DNA of 64,000 nucleotides from NCBI GenBank assembly GCA_951406725.2, contig OX597827.1, positions 75,392,001-75,456,000 of the forward strand, written 5' to 3'. The DNA is from Octopus vulgaris. Taxonomy: Eukaryota. The translations under genes and the position numbers were made by a program. The notes beneath the pieces were generated by a model, which did not search any database, was not told the origin of the DNA, and saw only the letters and a program-made list of their open reading frames with translations. Below, piece by piece: positions 53,783 through 64,000 of the stretch. The first letter of the stretch is position 1. Each line of letters begins with the position of its first letter.

Positions 53783-54357
53783 TCTACTCTAGGCACAAGG
53801 CCCGAAATTTCTGGGGAGGGGGCCAGTCGATTAAATCTACCCCAGTACGCAATTGGTACTTAATTTATCGAACCCCGAAAGGATGAAAGGCAAAGTCGAC
53901 CTAGGCGGAATTTGAACTCAGAACGTAAAGACAGACGAAATACCTATTTCTTTACTACCCAAAAGGGGCTAAACATAGAGGGGACAAACAAGGACAGACA
54001 AATGGATTAAGTCGATTACATCGACCCTAGTGCGTAACTAGTACTTAATTTATCGACCCCAAAAGGATGAAAGGCAAAGTCGACCTCGGCGGAATTCGAA
54101 CTCAGAACGTAACGGCAGACAAAATACCTATTTCTTTACTACCCACAAGGGGCTAAACACAGAGGGAATAAACAAGGACAGACAAACGGATTAAGTCGAT
54201 TATATTGACTCCAGTGAGTAACTGGTACTTAATTTATCGACCCCGAAAGGATGAAAGGCAAAGTCGACCTCGGCGGAATTTGAACTCAGAACGTAACGGC
54301 AGACGAAATACGGCAACGCATTTCGCCCGGCGTGCTAACGGTTCTGCCAGCTCGCCG
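53783..54357 (-). mobile_element. SINE family B trimer
   Basis: Three cores; junction aaatacctatttctttact. Confidence 0.85.
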
Positions 54358-54800
54358 TCTTTATATACCTCTGTATTGATTGAGTGATCGACCTGCTAGA
54401 AACAGCAGTAGCCAAATCTCACTCGTATCACTTGTTAGTGTCTTAAATAAGGAAAGGACATATCAGTTAATGTTTTTTAAATACTCTAAAAAAAAAAGAC
54501 GGGATGGGCCACTCTGAAATGTTCCTGATCGATATTGACCAAGGGCTAAACAACAGCAACAGCAACAAAATTATGATTAGGTACTATAATCCATCATTTC
54601 TCTAAAACCGTTTTAAGATTATAGCGTCCCGAGAGGACTCGTATGCCAAAAGGGATGGGTCACTATTTCAATCTGATACGGTCTCGTCAATTTGATGTCA
54701 GTTCAAACCTGCCGTAAACCAGTCTTACAAAGTAGATCCTTTTGCGCCCTTAGCCAGCCCCCTCCCCAACAAAGTGCAACTCTTGCGTCACGTCAGTCCT

Positions 54801-54844
54801 ACGGTCTGACGAAGGCCAGCAAGCCGAAACTTTGAAGTCACTGT
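54801..54844 (+). ncRNA. Type-I hammerhead ribozyme, canonical core
   Basis: acggu CUGACGA A GGC cagcaa GCC GAAACUU ug AA GUC acugu; predicted cut after C54839. Confidence 0.8.
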
Positions 54845-54983
54845 CAATCTTTTCTTTTTAAAAGTTTTATATATGATGTGTGGGCGCATGCGTGTTTCGT
54901 AACGGCACAAAAAGCAAGAAAGGAGAAGACTGGTTAGTTTGGCGCTCAGGGAAAATGAAAGAGTCTGTGACGTTTCGATCCTA

Positions 54984-55061
<78 letters not shown>

Positions 55062-55573
55062 TAAAAAAGTTTAAAGAAATTTATCTTTTTTATTAATTTT
55101 CTACTTCTGTATTCCTGAAGTTCAAAACATAAAATTGTATACAGTTTCTTGTTTAAGAAAAAGAAACAAACAAACAGACAAGAAAGAAAGAAAGAAAGAA
55201 GGGCGGGAAGGAAGAAAGAAAGAAAGGAGGGAGGGAGGGAGGAAGAAAGGAAGGAAGAAAGAAAGAAAGAAGGGAGGGCGGGAAGGAAGAAAGAAAGAAA
55301 GAAAGAAAGAAAGGAGGGAGGGAGGAAGAAAGAAAGAAAGAAAGGAGGGAGGGAGACAGAAAGAAAGAAAGGAAGGAGGGAGGGAAGAGAGAAAGAAAGA
55401 AGGGAGGGCGGGAAGGAAGAAAGAAAGAAAGAAGGGAGGGCGGGAAGGAAGAAAGAAAGAAAGAAAGAAAGGAGGGAGGGAGGAAGAAAGAAAGAAAGAA
55501 AGGAGGGAGGGAGACAGAAAGAAAGAAAGGAAGGAGGGAGGGAAGAAAGGAAGGAAGAAAGAAAGAAAGAAAG

Positions 55574-55608
<35 letters not shown>

Positions 55609-56594
55609 GAGAGAGGAAGAAAGAAAGAAAGAAAGAAAGAAGGAAAGACGTTATTAAAAAAGCTAGGGGTTAAAAGCAATTGTGCTTAAACAAGTCATGT
55701 GTACAAATAGACTGGACTTGCCAAAACATCAGTGGTTTTGTTTTTTCCCGCAAGGTAAAGCAATTTCTTCCGTTTTCGAACTCTTAATATCCAGCTTGGA
55801 CGAATGGGTAACAAGTTAGCAGCTTTGCTGTCACGAAGCTCCAAGTTCGATCCCACTGCGTGACATCTTTTACCATTGCCTCGGGTCAACCGAAATCTGT
55901 AGAGCTAAATTGGGTAAAATGGAAACTATGCAGAAACCCTTCGGATTTGGATTGTACTTGCAATGCAAGGGTACATACAACCTTGTCTACCTACTAACCT
56001 ACCTGAGAATTACGTTAAGGGTACAGCATATATGTGGAGTACTCAGCCACTTTCATGTTAATACAGTGAGCACATAAACTATTAGTAGATTGAACAGCTG
56101 AATCCTCATCGTCGAAACCGACGGAGATCCATTGTTTTATTACTATCCAGACTACATCATCCGATCGAGCCGAGCTGACAATAAATGTTCGTTGATAATG
56201 ACATAATGCACCATACAGCATAGGAATTAATTAAAAATAATCAAGTATTATCTCACTAGGGACTGTATTGTGTTAAGTGGTTTCTGAGGCCATGCTGGAG
56301 CACTCCTGCTGTGTGCGGACCAATCTGTCTGCTTAGAACCAACTAAATTCGTGTTTCCATTTTTTTTTTTTTTCTCAGTACTGAATGATTTGAGGAAAAT
56401 GTAGGTGCTATTATTAACTCTGATTGTTGTTGCTGCTGCTGGTGCAGGTCATCGAAGCAGCGGTGATATTGGAGGTGGTAGAGGCGGCGGCGATGGTGGT
56501 GGTAGTGGTGGTGGTGGTAGAGGCGGTGGTGTGGTGGTGGTGGTGGTGGTGGTGGTGAAGGTGGTCGTGTTGTTGGTGGTAATGCTGGTAGTGG

Positions 56595-56823
56595 CGAGCT
56601 GGCAGAACCGTTAGCACGCCGGCCGGAATGCCTAGCAGTATTTCGGCTGCCGTCACGTTCTGAGTTCAAATTCCGCCGAGGTCGACTTTGCCTTTCATCC
56701 TTTCGGGGCCGATTAAATTAAGTACCAGCGAAACACTGGGGGGCGATATAATCGACTTAATCCGTTTGTCTGTCCTTGTTTGTCCCCTCTGTGTGTAGCC
56801 CCTTTGTGGGCAGTAAAGAAATA
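56595..56823 (+). mobile_element. SINE family B monomer with 17-bp TSD
   Basis: TSD ggtaatgctggtagtgg at 56578-56594 and 56824-56840. Confidence 0.8.
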
Positions 56824-57954
56824 GGTAATGCTGGTAGTGGTAACAATCAATGATGGTGATAGCAGTAATACTCGTAGCAGTGGTGGTGGTGGTGGTGATG
56901 GTGGCGGTGGTGGTGGCGGTGGCGGTGGTGGAGGTGATCGTCGTCGTCGTCAGCGTCGTGGTAACGGTTGTTTTGTCCGGTGGTTTGTGGTTGTTTCAGT
57001 TCATAGTGGTGGTCATGGTGGTAGCGGCAGCCGCGATTATTTTCAACTGGTAGCGTTGAGATTGTAGTAATTGTTGTTGTTGTTGCTGCTGCTGCTACTG
57101 ATGATGATGATGATGATGCAACCCCAGGTTAGCCCGATCCAGAAAAACCCTCCAATCAAACGCTTCATGTCCCATCATCTACTCAATCTAAATATATCTA
57201 GGACTACACCATCCAAAGTGTCCTTCCATTATTTGCAAGACCGTAGTGTGATTTGAGAGACTTTGGGTGTTATTTCTAGCAGATCGAGTTATCCAAAAAA
57301 GGCTTCCACATTGAATCATCATCTTTAATTGTAGTTGTCGATATTTTTTGTCGTTCGTCGGTCCTCTCGTGATTTTATGGTTATTCCGGCCGTGACCATC
57401 GTGACTTCCTGCTTCTTTGGAATAGCCCACCTCGGGTTAAATTATCCAGTGTCCTTTAATTTTTAAGAGGGATTTAAGGAAGATTTGGCTGCTATTTCTA
57501 GCCGGCCTATAAACCACATGCAAGTTACTTTGTTGGCGTGTCACAGTGTCACCGTTGTTCTTGTTATTGTTGTCGACTACAATGATGATGATGATGATGA
57601 TGATGAATACGCCGCCAGTATGTTATGATGGTCTTAGGACAGGTGTAGTTAAACCAACATATATATAAACGATAATTACAGGTAAAAACAAGTAATAAAG
57701 AAAACGTGAAGGGCCCCTTTCACCCACCCACCAACCCACCTACTCCTTCTCTAACCCCCCCCCCCACAGACATCAGTTTCCCAACAATCACACACACACA
57801 CACGCGCACACACACACACACAAATATTCAGACTTAAGTGTATTCTTGTATTCTTCATTTTGGATCTTACCTTTAAGAACAGCTGCCTCACTGCTTCTAA
57901 TGGCTCGCTGAGGCGTTCGAACATTATATATATATATATCTCTGTGTGTGTATG

Positions 57955-58048
<94 letters not shown>

Positions 58049-58189
58049 GTATATATATATATATATATCGTTTCCTTTTGGTATTACACTGCGCCTAGCT
58101 GTTTATATTAATTTACACACATACATAGAGACACACCCACCCAAATACACGCATACTCACATGCATGTGGAAGTATGTTTGTATGTATG

Positions 58190-58221
<32 letters not shown>

Positions 58222-59290
58222 CGTAGACGTTAATAAACGTCAATGAAATAAACGCATAGAGTGTGGCGGCAGCGACGTTGGTGGTTCTGCTGCTGCTGCT
58301 GTTGTTGTTGTTGTTGTTGTTGTTTTTGGTGGTGGGGGGTGGCGGCGGCGGCGGCGGGGGTTACTGTAAGATGATAGCGGGGCGGCTGTACGAAGATAGT
58401 GAGTGTGAGGGGAGAGTGTGAGGTGGTGGAATCGTAGGAGAAGTGGTAGCGGGGTGGTAATGTTACACAGGTCTCCGCAGATTCGAGCCGGTCGGTCGGT
58501 CGGTCGTAGCCAACAGCAGCTCTTTGTTTTTGGAGTTTTGTAACGAGAGACTGAGAGGGAAGGATAAGAATGGGTGGAGGGAAGAGGGTCAGGAGATTAG
58601 AGAAGAGATATCGGACGATGGAAAAGCGAAAGGAAAAAGGCTTCAACAATACCACACAAACGCACGAACATTATACATACATGCAAAGAAATGGAACAAT
58701 ATATATGTATTTTTTATTAATTATATATATATATGGCGCAGGAGTGGCTGTGTGGTAAGTAGCTTGCTAACCAACCACATGGTTCCGGGTTCAGTCCCAC
58801 TGCGTGGCACCTTGGGCAAGTGTCTTCTGCTATAGCCCCGGGCCGACCAATGCCTTGTGAGTGGATTTGGTAGACGGAAACTGAAAGAAGCCTGTCGTAT
58901 ATATGTATATATATATATAAATGTGTGTGTGTGTGTGTGTTTGTGTGTCTGTGTTTGTCCCCCTAGCTTGACAACCGATGCTGGTATGTGTTTACGTCCC
59001 CGTCACTTAGCGGTTCGGCAAAAGAGACCGATAGAATAAGTACTGGGCTTACAAAGAATAAGTCCCGGGGTCAAATGACTGAAACAAGTAAAAGAGTATA
59101 TAATTACATACATATATGAGGGATGACCTGTAAGTGGACATCCATTATGCTAGAAGAAGATTCGTTATGGTGTTACCACTAAGAAAGGAATGTTCCCTCT
59201 GAAACTTCAGATTTTTCAATATGCTAGACCACTTGTTTTAAATTGATATTAATCAAATTAATATTCAATTTTTCCCCCTTATTATTTTAA

Positions 59291-59340
<50 letters not shown>

Positions 59341-59343
<3 letters not shown>

Positions 59344-61193
59344 GCTCGTTGCTTAGTTTTTCTTGGAGGGCTGGCCGTGATCTAGTAATCTCAAGATTAA
59401 TCAGCCGAAATTACTACGATGATCCGGTTCTTGACTGAAGACTAGGTTTCGAATGTCCTGTCCGTGTTTATTGTATCGTTTTCTTGATATACGTTCTTGT
59501 ATGTTGTATTTTTCACATACCTTAACATATATTCCAGGCGCCACGTACCCTCTTAACATTAATGTGAGCTCATATTCTTAATAACTGGTACGACTCTTTG
59601 TTTGCTCTCTCTCTCTCTCACTTTTACTGATCTGTCCCCTTCTCTCTCTACTCATCCTCTTTTTCTCTTCTCTTCCTCTGATTCTTTGGTCTAATCTTCC
59701 ACTACCCTCCTATTTCTTTGTCTCGCTCTGCACTCACAGGTCGCTCTTCGACACCCATCCCTTCTCCTCTCTGATTCCTTCTTTCTCTCTCTTCTCTCTC
59801 TTTGTTGCGTTTGTCCCTCCTCCTCTCTCTCTCTTCCGTTGCTTCTCTTTCTTTTCTTTTCTCTCTTCTCTGTCACGTGACTGCCGGCCGAAATCTGCCT
59901 TTCAGCTTCTGACCAGCGTCGTGTTAACATCGTTGTTTTCGTCCGCCGCTATAGGCATCGCCGATAAGGCTCCTTTCCTTGCGCCAGAAAAAAATTTGTT
60001 TGCTTGTTATCAGTCGTAAGACACTTGTTGTTGTTTTCACCGTTAATGCTTCTGTATTTCATGTTTCTGTATTCCATTATTTTTTGTTTTTTATATTCGT
60101 CCCTTTTGCTGTCTGGTGTCCGTATGCATTCGATCCTTCTTCCAGGAAATCTACGCTCCCAGCTTAGTTTTTCTAATGCTCGTTAGTTTTTCTTGGAGGG
60201 CTGGCCGTGATCTAGTAATCTCAAGATTAATCAGCGAAATTACTACGATGATCCGGTTCTTGACTGAAGACTGAGGGTTTCGAATGTCCTGTCCGTGTTT
60301 ATGTATCGTTTTCTTGAGTTATACGTTCTTGTCCATGTTGTATTTTTCTACATACCTTAACATATATTCCAGGCGCCACGTACCCTCTTAACATTAATGT
60401 GAGCTCATATTCTTAATAACTGGTACGACTCTTTGTTTGTCTCTCTCTCTCTCTCACTTTTACTTGATCTGTCCCCTTCTCTCTCTACTCATCCTCTTTT
60501 CTCTTCTCTTTCCTCTGATTCTTTGGTCTAATCTTCCACTACCCTCCTATTTCTTTGTCTCGCTCTGCACTCACAGGTCGCTCTTCGACACCCATCCCTT
60601 CTCCTCTCTGATTCCTTCTTTCTCTCTCTTTCTCTCTTTGTTGCGTTTGTCCCTCCCTCTCTCTCTCTCTTCCGTTGCTTCTCTTTCTTTTCTTTCTCTC
60701 TTCTCTGTCACGTGACTGCCGGCCGAAATCTGCCTTTCAGCTTCTGACCAGCGTCGTGTTAACATCGTTGTTTTCGTCCGCCGCTATAGGCATCGCCGAT
60801 AGGCTCCTTTCCTTGGCCAGAGAAAAAATTTGTTTGCTTGTTATCAGTCGTAAGACACTTGTTGTTGTTTTCACCGTTAATGCTTCTGTATTTCATGTTT
60901 CTGTATTCCATTATTTTTTTGTTTTTTATATTCGTCCCTTGCTGTCCTGGTGTCCGTATGCATTCGATCCTTCTTCCAGGAAATCTACGCTCCCAGCTTA
61001 GTTTTCTAATGCTCGTTCTTAGTTTTCTTGGAGGGCTGGCCGTGATCTAGTAATCTCAAGATTAATCAGCCGAAATTACTACGATGATCCGGTTCTTGAC
61101 TGAAGACTGAGGGTTTCGAATGTCCTGTCCGTGTTTATTGTATCGTTTTCTTGAGTTATACGTTCTTGTCCATGTTGTATTTTTCTACATACC

Positions 61194-61197
<4 letters not shown>
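59341..61197 (+). repeat. Tandem ~833-bp unit x2.2, flanked by (TA)n
   Basis: Units start at 59341, 60175 and 61008; the repeated ~190-bp end has solo relatives at 39828, 50965 (-) and 62503. Confidence 0.9.
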
Positions 61198-61234
<37 letters not shown>

Positions 61235-61293
61235 TAAATATTAGGAATAAATCCAAATTTACAGGGAAAAAATCAGATTTAGGATTAAATCCA

Positions 61294-61355
<62 letters not shown>

Positions 61356-61589
61356 CGGGAAACTTTACGAAAATAAGCAAAAGACGAAGGCAGGTGGAGT
61401 ACAAGCAAACAAATGTATTAGTATAGCGCTCAGGAATAGAAATAAAACAAGTATTTTACGTTTCGAGCCTATGCTCTTCGACAGAAAGATACACAGAAAA
61501 GAAACAAGGAGAGAAAAAAATGCGTGTAGGAGCTAACGATCTATCATGGCGTCCAGACTTGTATATATTTATATATATATATATATATC

Positions 61590-62230
61590 TATACAATATG
61601 TTACATTACTCGGTAGTCAAGATAAAACTCTGAGTTTCAGATGCCGAAGTGGAAATCCACAACACCATCTCTTCGGTTATCTGGCTATTTGAAAACGTTA
61701 TGAAAAAATACCGTTAAAAATGAAGGGAAATTACTCTGTTATAACTCTGCTTTGCCTGCGTACTTATACATCGCTCGCATTTTTCGTCATAAAAATTATA
61801 TAAAAATACATAAAAATATATAAAAATATATAAAATCTTCTTGGGACATAACACAGAAAGCATGTTCTATCCGTTTTCTTTAGGGGACCAAAAACGTAAC
61901 AGAAATTTAGTCACATGTGGGCATGATCCGAAAAGCTCTGTCCTTGTATTTAGACATGTGGTAGGGTCTAAGCTGCTTTTCCAGATAAGCCATCTCTCCA
62001 TGTCGCATAAACCGCACCTTCCGCTGCCGTTAGTATAGGGCTTACATCTGGCCAAAATCTTCCATTGTATGTTATAATCGACACCTTTATCTCTTAAAGA
62101 CCAAATATGATTGGATAATTGTGTCGCTTTTCTTTTGTTCCAGTGCCTAAAGCTCAAAGTGTGGTTATTGAACCTGGCCTTGAAATTACCCTCTGTCAGG
62201 CCCACGTATTTCTTCGTCGAAACGGTACAT
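61590..62230 (-). mobile_element. Penelope-like element 3' fragment (GIY-YIG endonuclease C-terminal half + 3' end)
   Basis: KKYVGLTEGNFKARFNNHTLSFR..TQLSNHIWSLRD..IQWKIL..CGLCDMER..LNTRTELFGSCPH. Confidence 0.85.
61620..61682 (-). ncRNA. Hammerhead-like motif downstream of the Penelope ORF
   Basis: agauaa CCGAAGA GAUG..(gugga uu uccac)..CAUC u GAAACUC a GA GUU uuaucu; 6-bp stem I. Confidence 0.65.
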
Positions 62231-62305
62231 AATATTGAGGTCTCTTTCTTTCTTTTGTTATCTTACCGTTTTATCAATATATATATATATATATATATGA
62301 TCTAA

Positions 62306-62345
62306 ACAGTCAGATGAACGGGAACGTGAAACTCTGAGTAGCACT
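62306..62345 (+). ncRNA. Decayed homolog of the 37692 hammerhead
   Basis: CAGAUGA ACG ggaa CGU GAAACUC u GA GUA, followed by the same aataaagcatattactctacc tail. Confidence 0.5.
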
Positions 62346-62455
62346 TTCTGTGGTATTTTTGTGATGTTTTTGCAGCTTTATCAATAATAAAGCATATTAC
62401 TCTACCTCCGGTTCTCGAGTACTATTTTTTCCCATCATTTATGTACTTACTTTGG

Positions 62456-62507
<52 letters not shown>

Positions 62508-62863
62508 CCGAAATTGCTAAGATGATCCGGTTCCCGACTGAAGATTAGAGGCTTCGAATGACCCGTCTGTTTTTTTGTGTCGTCTCTTTGTGTGGTTTGC
62601 GTTCTTGTCCCCTTTTGTAATTTTTTTATACATAATTTATATATATATATATATATATATATTCAGTTAGAGCTTAAATTAGCCTCATTAAGGGTTTTTC
62701 TGTTGCCTAACTTGTTCATAGTACACACGCGCGTGAGCGCACTTATCTTTAATTCTTTCCGTCATTGGACTGTGGTCATACTGGGGCACACCTTGAAGGG
62801 TTTTAGTCAAACTAATTAACCCCAATACTTATCTTTTTTAGGCGTGGCATTTATGAGTATAAT

Positions 62864-62938
<75 letters not shown>

Positions 62939-63232
62939 CACACACACACATATATATATGTATATATACACACACAAACGCAGGAGTAGCTGTGTGGTAA
63001 GAAGCTTGCTTTCCAACCACATGGTTCTGGGTTCAGTCCCACTGCGTGGCACCTTGGGCAAGTATCTTCTACCATAGCCTCGGACCGACCGAAGCCTTGT
63101 GAGTGGATTTGGTAGACGGAAACTGAAAGAAGCCCGTCGTGTATATATATATATATATGCAACACACAAATACATTCATATACATACATACATACATACA
63201 TACATACATACATACATACATACATACATACA

Positions 63233-63263
<31 letters not shown>

Positions 63264-64000
63264 GTGTGTGTGTATATGAATGTATTTGTGTGTCTGTGTT
63301 TGACAACCGATGTCGGTGTGTTTACGTTCCCGTAACTAGCGGCTCGGCAGAACAGTGACCGATATAAGTGTAGGCTTACAAAGATTAAGATCTGGGGTTG
63401 ATTTGTTCGACTAAATGCGGTGCTCCAGTCAAATAACTGAAACAAGTAAAAGAATCTATATATATATATGTTTGTATGTATGTATGTATGAATATATATA
63501 TTGATACATACATACAAACATACATACATACATACATACATACATACATACATACATACATACATACATACATGTGCACATACACCCACATACAGACTGG
63601 TGTTGATCTGCATCGGTAAGACTTTATACTACGTACTAAAATCGATAAACCCTTCCTTATCTCTCAAATCCCTTCTCACCTTACTCACGACTTTGCCAGC
63701 TTCTCCTCATCCCGTTTCTTCTTGATGCAAACAAAACTTTAACCTACAAAAAATTCCACACTCAACTGATTCATATTGGCAAGAATGGCAAAGGGGACAC
63801 CCCCCCCCCCAATTCAACTGATTAAATTCTTAATGTGGACATAGGGCGAGAGGAGAGATTGATGGACAGCAAATCCTGTGACAACTATAGACATGTTTCA
63901 ATCTTATTATACCTCCTCAGTGAAACATTGTCATACTCGTGCTCACTAGACCTTAGAATAGTTGCAGTAATATTTTAGATTTGGAGTGAAAAAAGGGCAC

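Overview
Eukaryotic, AT-rich, microsatellite-saturated DNA whose repeat content suggests an octopus/cephalopod genome (inference). Nearly all ORFs in the supplied track are simple-repeat artefacts. I can support one real gene, on the minus strand: coding exons 21543-21037 and 6153-5980, joined across a 14.9-kb phase-0 GT-AG intron. It encodes a 226-aa protein resembling only the C-terminal Ig-like region of KY/hillarin proteins, with a possible 5'UTR exon near 38022. The rest is transposon debris: three tRNA-derived SINE families; RTE, CR1-like and R4/Dong-like LINE ends; Penelope GIY-YIG remnants; mariner, Tc1 and Tigger relics; hAT and TTAA MITEs; and Helitron-like elements. The main hidden signal is about 15 type-I hammerhead-ribozyme-like motifs from several unrelated short, mostly (TA)n-embedded elements. 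Most have palindromic stem III, several have core variants, two loci are inverted hairpin pairs, and two motifs lie directly behind Penelope GIY-YIG remnants. Also notable are a ~420-bp near-perfect intronic inverted repeat and SINE multimers bounded by single target-site duplications. All protein, repeat-family and RNA-structure calls are by eye, and no searches were run.
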